The notes under the pieces: generated by a model
The model's input: only the letters and a program-made list of their open reading frames with translations
Databases searched by the model: none
What the model was told of the DNA's origin: nothing
In this document: piece by piece, positions 18,665-28,724 of the stretch
How positions within the stretch are numbered: the first letter of the stretch is position 1
Layout: every line of letters begins with the position of its first letter
DNA from: a virus
Lineage: Duplodnaviria > Caudoviricetes
Virus record (IMG/VR): IMGVR_UViG_3300020473_000025
Location: 16,293-80,292 of that record
DNA length: 64,000 nt
Reading direction: 5' to 3' (one strand)
Position numbers and translations under genes: made by a program

Positions 18665-20533
18665 ATGGCTGTAAATAAAGATAACAAGTCTACTCCGTCT
18701 AACCCTGCTATGGCAGAAGCAATGAAAGAGTCAGGCGCGCAGCAAAGCCGTTCAACAAACCAAACCCAACCCAGTCGAGGAAGAAACGTGGAAGGTCCAA
18801 AATCCCTAGCCGGTCTTAATTCTTTATTCAGCAACCCAATGACGCGTAGCACTGCAGGCGAAGTCACTGGTGAGCTAACTCAAACGCTTCGTAAGATCCT
18901 ATCTTCAGAGCGCAACAGCGTACTTGAGAAAGTAACGATTGAACCTGTGGACGGCGATAGCCATTCACTAGCCCTTTCTGTAATTGTATTACAGTTCCCA
19001 TTCAACGAGCACGTTGCCTGCTATACCTACATTGTAGAAGGTTCTGGTGACGGTCTTGCAGATCGCGTTCCAACTATTGCCGGACAGCAAGTAAACATCA
19101 AGACTGTTCCTGGTGACGTATACGACGATAACATGTGGGAACAAGTTAACATGTATCTTCGCAGCAAGTACGGTAGTGAACGCAGCTTCATCGATGTTGG
19201 TGCTAACGTAATTCCACGTACAGTTACCGCTGACCATGAGAAAGAAATCCGCAGCCTGTTATACTTCGGTATCACTGCGTGTTACACTACTCTACTTAAA
19301 ATCAATGGCGATGCCAGCAACAGCATTAGCGTAGCTGATATCAACACCGGCGACGTACTAGCAGCGCAACTTCGCTACAATCCAGGCGACACACAAACGG
19401 CTGCTGGTCAAACTGTACGCTCAGATCTATCTATCGCACTACGCGGTATTATGCAGACAGGTGAAGCGGTATCTGCTAAGCAGACCATTCCACTAACCAC
19501 TGTTGATGGTTACATGGATCTAACTTACGTTCCACGTCAGCAACAACAAATGGCGTATGGTCAGCCTGTTGATCACCGTCAATACGTACCGCGTCTAGTA
19601 ATGACTAACGTATCTTCTGGTCTAAGCGTTAACACGCTAGAGCTTGAACTACTAGGTCTTTCTACTACGGTACTAGCAGCCCAGCACCACGCATGGGTTA
19701 AGTGCTTCAAGCCTGTATACGGTGCAAGCAAGAATGACATCCATGACATCGGTGCACTAGGCTTTGAAGTTGATTTCGCAAACAATGGCGAGTACGGTCG
19801 TATCTCTACTAAGAGCGATTCATTCTCAGACCAAAGTCTGTTTGAGCTAGTACAACGCAGCATGTACAACGAAGTACTGTTCTCTTGGGATATCCCTGAG
19901 ACAGGTGACCTAAGCTGGTTACAAGAAACGTTCCTAGCCGCAGCGGCTGGTAACAGCAAAGCAATTAACACTCTGTTCAATGCAGCAGATACGTTAACTG
20001 GTGGTGCGTTTACTCGTAACTACGACGGTGCTCCTCCTCTAATGAGTGAGATTACTCGTGTACATCTTGGTACTTACCTAGATGAAAACAATACTCTACG
20101 TGATCTACGTGATCTTGATTACCTAGCGATGCTAAACATCTACGGTGATAAAGACCTAGGTCTAGTTGAAGCATTTGGTAACACATACGACCAGACTGAT
20201 CGTCCTCAAGAACTACGTCTGGCAGAGCGTGCTAAAATCATCGAAGCTACACTAGGTGATACAGTAACCATCACTGGTTACGCACGTCGTGTTACATTCA
20301 ATCCTAAGTTCATTGAAGCGCTTGCTATGGCTTGTGCAGAAGCTGGACTTAAGATCCGCCCTGAGGGTATCTACGGTAACGACATGGGTGCCATTCGTGG
20401 TAACACGTCAGCTGTTGGTATGGGTATTGGTCAAAACGCCGGTGGTGCTGTCTTCCAACAAGGTGGTGCTAACTGGGGCGGTTCTGGTATGGGTTACGGT
20501 GCTCGTAACTCTGGTGGACTGTGGAACCGCTAA
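18665..20533 (+). CDS. chmA: Chimallin, major phage nuclear shell protein
   Basis: 622 aa with strongly biased, highly-expressed-type codons. Lies just upstream of the nvRNAP beta' gene as phiKZ gp54 does. Motifs RSDLSIAL, DIGALGFE, RDLRDLDYLAMLN, GYARRVTFNPKFIEAL. Confidence 0.85.
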   Translation: MAVNKDNKSTPSNPAMAEAMKESGAQQSRSTNQTQPSRGRNVEGPKSLAGLNSLFSNPMTRSTAGEVTGELTQTLRKILSSERNSVLEKVTIEPVDGDSHSLALSVIVLQFPFNEHVACYTYIVEGSGDGLADRVPTIAGQQVNIKTVPGDVYDDNMWEQVNMYLRSKYGSERSFIDVGANVIPRTVTADHEKEIRSLLYFGITACYTTLLKINGDASNSISVADINTGDVLAAQLRYNPGDTQTAAGQTVRSDLSIALRGIMQTGEAVSAKQTIPLTTVDGYMDLTYVPRQQQQMAYGQPVDHRQYVPRLVMTNVSSGLSVNTLELELLGLSTTVLAAQHHAWVKCFKPVYGASKNDIHDIGALGFEVDFANNGEYGRISTKSDSFSDQSLFELVQRSMYNEVLFSWDIPETGDLSWLQETFLAAAAGNSKAINTLFNAADTLTGGAFTRNYDGAPPLMSEITRVHLGTYLDENNTLRDLRDLDYLAMLNIYGDKDLGLVEAFGNTYDQTDRPQELRLAERAKIIEATLGDTVTITGYARRVTFNPKFIEALAMACAEAGLKIRPEGIYGNDMGAIRGNTSAVGMGIGQNAGGAVFQQGGANWGGSGMGYGARNSGGLWNR

Positions 20534-20556
20534 GTTAAAATTAGCTAAGTAGTTAG

Positions 20557-20593
20557 AAAGAGGGTCTTCGGATCCTCTTTCTTTTTTATGCCC
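20557..20593 (+). terminator. Intrinsic terminator after chmA
   Basis: AAGAGGGTC-ttcg-GATCCTCTT, a T-tract, then TATGCC. Confidence 0.85.
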
Positions 20594-20618
20594 GTTTATA
20601 ATAAAATAAGGACTTTTC

Positions 20619-21137
20619 GTGGCAAAGCCTATAGTTGAATCAATCTTAACAATAACAACACCTCGCCCATCAGATATCAAAACACTTGAAGAACAGCAAG
20701 GTATTATTCTCAAACCCATTAACGGTTTTAAAGATGCATGGGTTAGTCGATGTGGTAAAATCATCAAACTACACTACCCGCTAATGGGTGATGCGTGTTA
20801 TTACTACGCCACCCTCACGGTGCGCCGTCAAGATCAACGTTTGATGGTAACACTCAAAAGCAGCGCTGGCTCTACCATGCGAACGCTATCTGGTTTAGTC
20901 GCTCGTGCCTATCTAGAAGCGCCTATAGACCCCTCGCGTTTTGATTTAATCAACATTGACGAGGACAGAAGTAATTGTCATGCCGATAACCTAGCATGGC
21001 GGCTTAAATCTCACACTACCAACTACTATTACGAGGTGAAAGATACGCGTGATGGTTCAGTTATGGAGTTTGATACTAAGAAAGATTTTCATGATTGGGT
21101 AAGTAAAACGTTTACGTTTAACAGAAAGAAAAGGTAG
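20619..21137 (+). CDS. Free-standing HNH-endonuclease-like protein, probably inactive
   Basis: NUMOD4-like KPINGF, LVARAYL and INIDEDRSNCHADNLAW; the first catalytic His is missing. Confidence 0.65.
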   Translation: MAKPIVESILTITTPRPSDIKTLEEQQGIILKPINGFKDAWVSRCGKIIKLHYPLMGDACYYYATLTVRRQDQRLMVTLKSSAGSTMRTLSGLVARAYLEAPIDPSRFDLINIDEDRSNCHADNLAWRLKSHTTNYYYEVKDTRDGSVMEFDTKKDFHDWVSKTFTFNRKKR

Positions 21138-21190
21138 GTTTTTACAGGGGTGAGTAACATTATGTTTATTATCTAAAGGTAATGTGCTTA

Positions 21191-21202
21191 GACCTATATT
21201 AC
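21191..21202 (+). promoter_or_regulatory. Early promoter motif
   Basis: GACCTATATTAC contains the exact phiKZ early consensus TATATTAC. Confidence 0.75.
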
Positions 21203-21245
21203 TAAAAAAGAATAAGCCCTTAACAAATTAAAATAAGGAGAGATC

Positions 21246-22604
21246 ATGCAGGCTGATATCAGTGCGGTAGCTGACCCGACTAACGCACCCATCGATCAAC
21301 TTAAAGGTCCTATTAGTTGGAACTATGACGATCGACAAGGTGGTGTTCATCTGGCGCTAGAAGATCATGATAAGATCTTTAATAACCTGTCCAACCCCCC
21401 TATCATCGTCAATGACGTCAACACGCTGTCTCAGGAAGACAAACAGAAATTCAATGATCTAATATCTACGCGATACGAGGGTGATTCATTATCTATCGTA
21501 CCGTCGTGTGACTGTGGTGAATTATCAGGCGGTTATAACTTAGGTAAGGTTTGCGGTGTCTGTCAGACTGAAGTCCAGCAGTCTACAGAAAAGCGCATCG
21601 AGTCTACGTTATGGATGAAAGCACCGGATGGTGTTCATGGGTTTATTAACCCTAACGTCTGGTTGATGTTTGAGAAATACTTCTCAAGTAAGCAGTTGTG
21701 TCTTGTCGAGTGGTTGTGTAATCCTAACCTACGTTACGACAATGAGAAGAATGAGTCATTAAACCGCTTGAAGCGTTACAACTTTAAACGTGGCTATAAT
21801 AACTTCATTGAAAACTTTGACACAATAATGAATGCACTGTATGACATATTCGCTATACACAAGCGATTAGAGATACAAGACTTTAAAACCACGATGCGTA
21901 AGTATAGACATTGTCTATTTAGTCAATACGTGCCGGTGCCTTCTAAAGTCGCATTCGTAACAGAGAAAAACGATTCAACCGTTACCTCTGATACGCAGAC
22001 ATCGTTAGCGATGGATGCTATACGTACCATGTCGTCTATCAAACAGGCACTACGTCCTCTTATGCCTAAACAGCTAGAGAACCGTACCCTTAAGTGTGTT
22101 AAACAGCTTGCTGTCTATTATGAAGAAACTTACAAGACACGTCTTGCCTCTAAAGATGGTTTCATTCGTAAACACATGATATCAGGTAGATTGCATTATA
22201 CGGCACGTGCTGTTATTGTATCGTTGAGTGAACCCCACGAGTACGATGAGCTACATCTTCCATGGGGGTTATCGGTAGGATTACTACGTACGCACCTGAC
22301 TAATAAGTTGTTAAAGTTAGGGTATACGCCACGTGCTGCTGCTTGTCTATTGCAAGAGTCTATTAGCCGCTATCATCCACTTGTAGATACGCTGTTAAAT
22401 GAACTTATAGACGAGTCCCCGTGTCTATCGGAAATAGCAGAACACGAACTTACCATGCCTAAGAAGAAAGGTCTGTATGTAATCATCCAGCGTAACCCAT
22501 CACTACATAGACTGTCAGCACAGTTCATGCGGGTTACTAAGATCATTAAAGACCCTAGCATCCAGACTATATCAATGTCAGTATTATCATTGACTGGTCC
22601 CAAC
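21246..22604 (+). CDS. Non-virion RNA polymerase beta' N-terminal subunit (phiKZ gp55-like), exon 1
   Basis: Zn ribbon CDCG..CGVC, KDGFIRKHMISGRLHYTARAVI and QRNPSLH; ends GPN just before the ADFDGD motif. Confidence 0.9.
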
Positions 22605-24330
22605 AGATTAGTTGCTTAAATAAAATGTAAAGAAAAAAGTACCTTAGCTATAGTATGAGATATAGTTGAGGAACTAAAAATGAGTAAAGAAAATTGGAAA
22701 CCTGTCAAGGGTTTCAGAAATGTAGAATGTTCGTACGACGGTAAGGTTAGGACGTTTAAATTTGATCGATATGCTGGTAGCAAGATCTATCACTATCCGT
22801 CAATTAGAGAAACTCCAACATCTAAAGGTACTTATCTGACGGTGTCGGTGGTACCAGAAGATAAAGAACACTTTGTCACTGCGCTCGTCCATGTCCTCGT
22901 GGCTGAAGCCCACGTTGATAAACCAGATACTGATGAGTTATTAGAAGTTAACCATGAAGATGGGGATAAACATAATAACCACGCAGATAATCTGGAATGG
23001 ATGACACGCTCCGATAACCTTAAACACGCTTATAGGACAGGTCTTAGATCTGACTCTAGAGAAGTTAAGGTAGAAGATCTCGAAACAGGTGAGGTTCAAA
23101 CCTTCTACGCTATTGCTGAGTTTGCAAGAGCGTATGGATTAAGTGAGAACAAAGCATTAACCATCGCTAATGGATCAATGCGTCATCCGTGGAAAGGTCG
23201 TTATCGGATAACGATATCAGGCGACTTTACCGTCAGAAAGCAAAAACATGTTAAAGATCTTGTAGCTAAGGACTATGTAACTGGTGAATTGATAATAGCC
23301 GATTCTAGACTAAGTTTAGGGTTGATGTTAAAGATACATCCAGCTTCTATCACCTATCATCGCACCAGGCGACCTGATCAGCTTCTCGCTGGTTATGTAA
23401 TGCGTGAACTCGAAGAAGATATACAATGGCCTTCTTTTACTAAAGAAGAAGCCATAGCTTCTAGAGACGCGTATATGTGTCGGCCAAAAGCAAAGGATAA
23501 GCAGTTTGGCGTGGTGGTGAAAGACTACATAACTAATTCTGTTACAGAATATAAAGACATGGTGGAAGCAGAGAAAGCAACAGGCGTTAATCGTGGTACT
23601 ATTAGTTTTGTATTGCGTCGTGGATCAGACATGCCCTTTAAAGGTATGGTGTTTCGATATTTAGGTGATGATAAACCATGGCCTGAGTTTCCCGATGATG
23701 TGGTAGAAGTTCTACCTCTTGTCAAGAAACCAGAATACCCATTGGCTTATATTCACGATAAAGAGACAGATGAAACAACCCTGTATGCTTCCATTGCTGA
23801 CTTTGCGAGGCAGAACGGGTTTAATGCTGTCTCGGCGTCTAACGGCTTTAAGCAAAAGGGCGAGTTTAAAAACCGCTATAGCTATACTCCTCTACATTTA
23901 GAAACATTTATTTAAGTAACCACAGTTGCGCCTACCAGTAATGGTGGGTCGAGTGACTCTTTGAACTGCTGGTAAATCCTAAAGCTTCTCTTACTACAGC
24001 ATAGCTTGAAAAGGCAAGTGCGAATGTTGATGAAAATCAGAAAGAAAAGAGAAGATGACCTATGGCGAAAGTCTAAGGGTTGCTAACAATGGAAGCTCAG
24101 CATCTAAGACCCTCTATGTTTCAGTGGGTGAAGATCAACGACTATCCCGGTAGCGGGAGTAGGACACCAAGTGGGTCCGAAGTGGAGAGCACCCTACCAG
24201 GTTAAGCTGGGGGTGAAGATATAGTCTAGCCTGTCTGTGAATTGACACAGAATACATGCCAGTATGGATGAAAGTCCCAGCAGCATGTAATGATGCGGGT
24301 AGGTATTAACGACACCTATTGAATAACGCG
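22605..24330 (+). mobile_element. Group I intron (IA-like, with P7.1/P7.2) carrying an HNH homing endonuclease
   Basis: Splicing AAC|GCC restores NADFDGD and the intron ends in G at 24330. Core elements: AACTGCTGG (about 23964), CAACGACTA (24136-24144) pairing with GAAGATATAGTC (24215-24226), P3 CTCTTT/GGAGAG, P8 CACCC/GGGTG. Confidence 0.92.
22680..23915 (+). CDS. Intron-encoded NUMOD4-HNH homing endonuclease with four NUMOD1-like repeats
   Basis: ENWKPVKGF, VHVLVAEAH and EVNHEDGDKHNNHADNLEW; repeats of the form V.D..TG...(F/Y)....E. Confidence 0.9.
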   Translation: MSKENWKPVKGFRNVECSYDGKVRTFKFDRYAGSKIYHYPSIRETPTSKGTYLTVSVVPEDKEHFVTALVHVLVAEAHVDKPDTDELLEVNHEDGDKHNNHADNLEWMTRSDNLKHAYRTGLRSDSREVKVEDLETGEVQTFYAIAEFARAYGLSENKALTIANGSMRHPWKGRYRITISGDFTVRKQKHVKDLVAKDYVTGELIIADSRLSLGLMLKIHPASITYHRTRRPDQLLAGYVMRELEEDIQWPSFTKEEAIASRDAYMCRPKAKDKQFGVVVKDYITNSVTEYKDMVEAEKATGVNRGTISFVLRRGSDMPFKGMVFRYLGDDKPWPEFPDDVVEVLPLVKKPEYPLAYIHDKETDETTLYASIADFARQNGFNAVSASNGFKQKGEFKNRYSYTPLHLETFI

Positions 24331-24531
24331 GCCGATTTTGACGGCGACGCTTTGAACATTCTCTTAATCACTGATAAAGAGATGATGCGTAAGATGTACC
24401 GACTGTCACCCCATTATGGTATTTTATCGCTTCAAGAACCATCCAAGGTCTCTGGTTGCGTAGGTATGCCTAAACCGGTGGTAAGTACTATTGATAACTG
24501 GTTGAAGAAAGGTCCTAAAGTTCCAGCTTAA
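24331..24531 (+). CDS. nvRNAP beta' subunit, exon 2
   Basis: Begins ADFDGDALN; the spliced product would be 519 aa. Confidence 0.9.
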   Translation, partial: ADFDGDALNILLITDKEMMRKMYRLSPHYGILSLQEPSKVSGCVGMPKPVVSTIDNWLKKGPKVPA

Positions 24532-24636
24532 CCAGAATAAAAGGATTGGCGTGCAGAACGGATCTGCATGCTTTATTAAAACCTAATACGGTAATTGCTC
24601 TCATAGAGAGCTTCGTATTAAACAGGAGTCATTATA

Positions 24637-25071
24637 ATGGCACGTAAGAAAAGTATCTACACCGTAGATCAAAAGAGACAACTCACCACCACACGTATGT
24701 TGATACGTCTAGCCATGCAACGTAAAACTATTTACTATAGTGAGTTAGCTGAGCGTTTAGGGTACAATGTACCGAACATGGCGTTAGGTAAGGTGTTAAG
24801 TCCGACGCTTGAGCGGGTTAACCAGTGGTGTTGGGAGCGACAGCAGCCATGGCTTACCGCGTTGGTCGTTAGAAGCTCAGGGAACCATACAGGGCTTCCT
24901 GGTGAAGGTTTCTTTAATGAGATGCAAGAGCTAGGTGCGTATACCCCTGAAGTTGATACCCACAAGGTACGTCGTGCTTGGGCTGAGCCGTATATTAAAA
25001 GTATATGGGATTTCTGGGGTCCTGATGATAGTGATATTTTGTGTAAGGCACGTGTGCTATCACCAACATAA
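24637..25071 (+). CDS. Putative winged-helix DNA-binding protein
   Basis: TIYYSELAERLG ... LTALVV ... PGEGFF pattern; AGGAG SD. Confidence 0.5.
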   Translation: MARKKSIYTVDQKRQLTTTRMLIRLAMQRKTIYYSELAERLGYNVPNMALGKVLSPTLERVNQWCWERQQPWLTALVVRSSGNHTGLPGEGFFNEMQELGAYTPEVDTHKVRRAWAEPYIKSIWDFWGPDDSDILCKARVLSPT

Positions 25072-25146
25072 ATAGAAAGTATAAAGATTGGGAGCCAGGG
25101 CTCCCATCTATGCCGTATTCTTTTTTATCAATTTAACCCGATTACA

Positions 25147-25158
25147 GACCTATATTAC
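25147..25158 (+). promoter_or_regulatory. Early promoter motif
   Basis: GACCTATATTAC. Confidence 0.75.
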
Positions 25159-25182
25159 CAACGTGTTAATAAACTATATATA

Positions 25183-25590
25183 GTGAGAACACCCATGTCT
25201 GTTATTGATAATTTACTTACGACGTTTAAACGCCGCAGCTTTAAACGTAGTGCTCGTACCCACTTACCTGCTATGAGTTACATTGTAAATAGCATCAACT
25301 ATGATGTTAGCAATGTGGTAGGTTATTTTACTATTGATACTGTAGTGTATCTAGGAGACAGCAGTATAAAAGAGACGGTAGATGTCTTTAGTCCAGAAAC
25401 CCTCACATTAGAAAACGACCCCCTAGATACTTATGCGTGGTTAGTAAGTTATCTCCAAGCATACGTTAGACGTGGGTCTACTAACCTGATTGTTATAGAC
25501 AAACTTATGGATCAAGAAAACCATTCTCGGTTTGTTAATCTGTGTAGTGCCTATTCGGTTAAGTTACTTATCCGAAAACCCATCATTTAA
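25183..25590 (+). CDS. Hypothetical early protein
   Basis: 135 aa ORF after the early promoter motif. Confidence 0.55.
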   Translation: MRTPMSVIDNLLTTFKRRSFKRSARTHLPAMSYIVNSINYDVSNVVGYFTIDTVVYLGDSSIKETVDVFSPETLTLENDPLDTYAWLVSYLQAYVRRGSTNLIVIDKLMDQENHSRFVNLCSAYSVKLLIRKPII

Positions 25591-25612
25591 AGTAAAATAA
25601 AGGAACCCTTTT

Positions 25613-26020
25613 ATGTTAGATTTATCTCAACCGTGTGTATTGAACATCAGCTTCGCAAGTTTGCTAAAACGTCTTGAGTTTGACACACCTATGGGGTGGA
25701 TAACCCAACCTACCTTTAACATCAACCTACCCTACCCTGTAGACTTTAAAACTATCGGTGTGTATATAGAGCAGACTATACAAAAGGTAGAAGCAGTGCC
25801 GCTAGCTAACGATGCAACATATCAAGAAATAGCAAATCTGGCTAACGAGCGTCTTGAGAAAATGGCGCTTGAGTTTGACCGTGAGGAGCTAGTAAAGAAT
25901 CTTGAAGCCCAGATGGAGTTAGAGTTAAAATCTCTTCGGTTAATATATGAAGTAGATGTTAACCGGACGGGTATGATTATATCAATCGAAATAGCGTCCC
26001 GTGACGATCTAGAACAATAA
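25613..26020 (+). CDS. Hypothetical protein
   Basis: 135 aa with AAGGA SD. Confidence 0.6.
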   Translation: MLDLSQPCVLNISFASLLKRLEFDTPMGWITQPTFNINLPYPVDFKTIGVYIEQTIQKVEAVPLANDATYQEIANLANERLEKMALEFDREELVKNLEAQMELELKSLRLIYEVDVNRTGMIISIEIASRDDLEQ

Positions 26021-26093
26021 TCCGTTTAAGCTAGGTGGATGATCCACCTAGCTCTTTACTATTTATTTTTTTGATATTCTTAAGGTAATTACA

Positions 26094-27179
26094 ATGAAGA
26101 CAGTAGCAGGCGTTCTGCGGAGCGGTATACGTGAAGAAGAAATAAGTGTAGAAACATTCAACGATATTGCTATATCGCAAGAAGTACTACATGAGCACGA
26201 GCTTAATCTATCGGATTTTAACGTCTCAGAAGAAGGATTAGTTGAACGCCTTAAGCTGATTAAAGAAAGCTTAGGTTCAAATATCCGTTTCATGACCGGT
26301 AATCTAACACAGCATATTAAACATGCTAAGAAGTTAGAAGATCGCCTCTCTCTGATTCAAGGAGAAACAAAGGGTGAGATAAAGGCCAAGAGTGAATTGG
26401 GCTTCATTCTACCCAAAGACGGCACTGTTGATAACGTAATTGATCAATTTGCGTACTTAACGAGCCTGGCAGAAGACATTAATACAGTGACGTCATCTTT
26501 CTTAAAGGCCGGTGCTGTTGCAAGTGACAAAGCGCTAGTTAGCAATCTAGCATTAATCTTTGGCGGTTATGGTATTGCTATAAATAAAGCGGTAGTACTT
26601 TCTAAAGGTGACGAGTTAAAAGACTTCCATAAGCTGATAAAGAATATAACAAGTGCTTTGGATTTAAAACCTTTAAAGAAAAACATCACTAAAGAAATGG
26701 AAGTGACTAAGCATGGGGTGGTTGGAGTAGCGCCGCTACTTGCTAGCGATAGAGCGTTGTGTATGAAAGAATATGGTACGTTAGACTCTTTAGAGCTAGT
26801 GCGCTATTTCGTTGGTGTGGCAAACAACCTTAAAGGCTCAGCACCTACAACAATGCCCGCTCTTACCAAAGCAGAATGTCTAACAGTGGTTAAGGCTGTC
26901 AAAGAGAACCAGAAAGACTTAGAGGTTATGATTAACTCACTAAGAGAAGTATCAAAGAATCTGATACCTGCTCTTCACGTCTATGAGAACAATAGTATCT
27001 TGGAAGTGGCGTTATCAGGTATGGTTGACCGCGTTAACGTTAAAGGTGAATCCGGTAGTCTAATTCGCTTCATCTTGAAGGGTTGTCAGGAGCCTGCGTT
27101 GCGCTACGTTAATCTTTATAACCGCATTTCTGGTCTGATGTTGTCTATTGTAGAAAAATCTATAAAAACAGCTCTCTAA
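26094..27179 (+). CDS. Internal head protein paralog
   Basis: 361 aa; N-terminal ISVE/ISQE/VSEE sites; MPALTKAEC motif matches ALT/VLT motifs in 55883.. and 62569.. Confidence 0.6.
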   Translation: MKTVAGVLRSGIREEEISVETFNDIAISQEVLHEHELNLSDFNVSEEGLVERLKLIKESLGSNIRFMTGNLTQHIKHAKKLEDRLSLIQGETKGEIKAKSELGFILPKDGTVDNVIDQFAYLTSLAEDINTVTSSFLKAGAVASDKALVSNLALIFGGYGIAINKAVVLSKGDELKDFHKLIKNITSALDLKPLKKNITKEMEVTKHGVVGVAPLLASDRALCMKEYGTLDSLELVRYFVGVANNLKGSAPTTMPALTKAECLTVVKAVKENQKDLEVMINSLREVSKNLIPALHVYENNSILEVALSGMVDRVNVKGESGSLIRFILKGCQEPALRYVNLYNRISGLMLSIVEKSIKTAL

Positions 27180-27249
27180 GCGCATGGAAGGGCTAGACAG
27201 TAATCTAGCCCTCTTTTATTACTAAGTTCCAAAATGAGAGGAAGCTTAA

Positions 27250-27663
27250 ATGGACAAGTTCAATATACATGGAATCTTTGAAGCCCTTTGCTTTAACCCG
27301 TCGTATGAAGAGGCAGCTGGTATCACGTATCATGTAGGCTTAATCATGGCGGCTAAAGAAACAACCTTTAGAGGTGCGGAGACGCTACGTAGCGTAGTAC
27401 ATGACGGGCCGTTAGATAGCGAATCAGTACCTAGCAAGGTTGAGCAGGGTTGGTTGCTTGAAAAGGATATGGTAGAGCAAATTTCAGTTGACGGTAAGCA
27501 AGGTTTTCAAAGTGCAACACCTAAAGGTCAGGCCGTTTGTAAAGTCTTAGATGTTGCTAAACACTTAAGTGAAATACGACCTATCGATGTTGTACGTGCG
27601 GTTAATACCTATTTAAAAGAACCATCGTATGTATATACCCCTAATTTAAGTAAGGAATGTTAA
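27250..27663 (+). CDS. Hypothetical protein
   Basis: 137 aa with GAGGA SD. Confidence 0.6.
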   Translation: MDKFNIHGIFEALCFNPSYEEAAGITYHVGLIMAAKETTFRGAETLRSVVHDGPLDSESVPSKVEQGWLLEKDMVEQISVDGKQGFQSATPKGQAVCKVLDVAKHLSEIRPIDVVRAVNTYLKEPSYVYTPNLSKEC

Positions 27664-28481
27664 CGATGGTTATCCCAGGTAAACTCTCTTTAAAGACACT
27701 AGCAGTTATTGCCTCGGTGGAAGCTAAAGCTGAAAGTAAGTCTTTTTTTAATCGAATCCCTCAGTTCTTAGAACAGTTACGTGAAAAGGTTGCAAGTGAC
27801 ATCACTATGACTAAAGGGGAAAGTCCTAGTGAACAGCTAAACCCGAAAGCATTCACTAAGATGCTTAAGGATGTTAACTACGCGACAATCTCAGAGCTTG
27901 CTGTCTTTAGACCAACCGGTATGCGTGGTGGTTATCAAGACTACGTAGAGATGCTGGCTGAGTTTCAAGAGCAGATTGGTGGAATTGAAGAGCGCTTACT
28001 TACACCATTGAAACGTACCGTTGCTCAAATGCTGGTAGAGCCTAAACGTTTATCTCAGGCATTCCCGGTCAATTATAAAGTGGTTGACATAGAAAAACTT
28101 CAGAAGTTATTTAACAAAGAAGTAGATCTTCAAGACTCAGGTGACAAGATTACCTATAGTGATGCAGTTAACCGCAATAAAGACTGGGAAGGTATTGTAT
28201 CTACAGTAAACCTGTTAGATGATCAATATCAAAGAGAGCCTAATAGCGATATCTTAAAATCAGTAGGTGAGTTAACAGAACACATCAATCTGTTGATCCA
28301 GCGTATTGGCGATCAGCCTGACGTTTATGTAGTTAAAGGTACGACCTTATCTGCACTGGTAGATGCTACCTATCAAGCAGCTAAAGAAGTTGAACTCTAC
28401 GCTGCACATGGCTTTAACCTAGCCACTACCAAGAAAGCATTAGTTGACAGCTATCGTCAAGTTAAAGAAGCTATCGAATAA
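27657..28481 (+). CDS. Hypothetical, possibly processed head protein
   Basis: 274 aa; ASVE site followed by SFFNRI. Confidence 0.5.
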   Translation: MLTMVIPGKLSLKTLAVIASVEAKAESKSFFNRIPQFLEQLREKVASDITMTKGESPSEQLNPKAFTKMLKDVNYATISELAVFRPTGMRGGYQDYVEMLAEFQEQIGGIEERLLTPLKRTVAQMLVEPKRLSQAFPVNYKVVDIEKLQKLFNKEVDLQDSGDKITYSDAVNRNKDWEGIVSTVNLLDDQYQREPNSDILKSVGELTEHINLLIQRIGDQPDVYVVKGTTLSALVDATYQAAKEVELYAAHGFNLATTKKALVDSYRQVKEAIE

Positions 28482-28724
28482 AGTACTGCACCTAGAGTCA
28501 GATGACTCTAGGTGTTATGCCGTCGTGTAAATTTATACACCGGAACGAGTATAATATGACCTACCCTATGACATCACTAAACGCATTACCTGCTCAGACA
28601 AGCATCTATGCCCATATGCCATAGTGTGGAAAAAGCCATTCAACGTAATTTCAACTATACATTATCTAATGGACTAAACTAACATGCCATCGTCTTAAAC
28701 GAGAACATTACTAAAGAGGTTAAC

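Noticed and set aside
24319-24531. Track ORF MNNAADFDGD as an independent gene
   Set aside because: It has a TTG start inside the intron 3' end and no SD; it is exon 2 of the nvRNAP beta' gene.
28557-28625. 22-codon ORF MTYPMTSLNALP...
   Set aside because: Very short, no SD and overlapping a promoter-like region; no supporting evidence.
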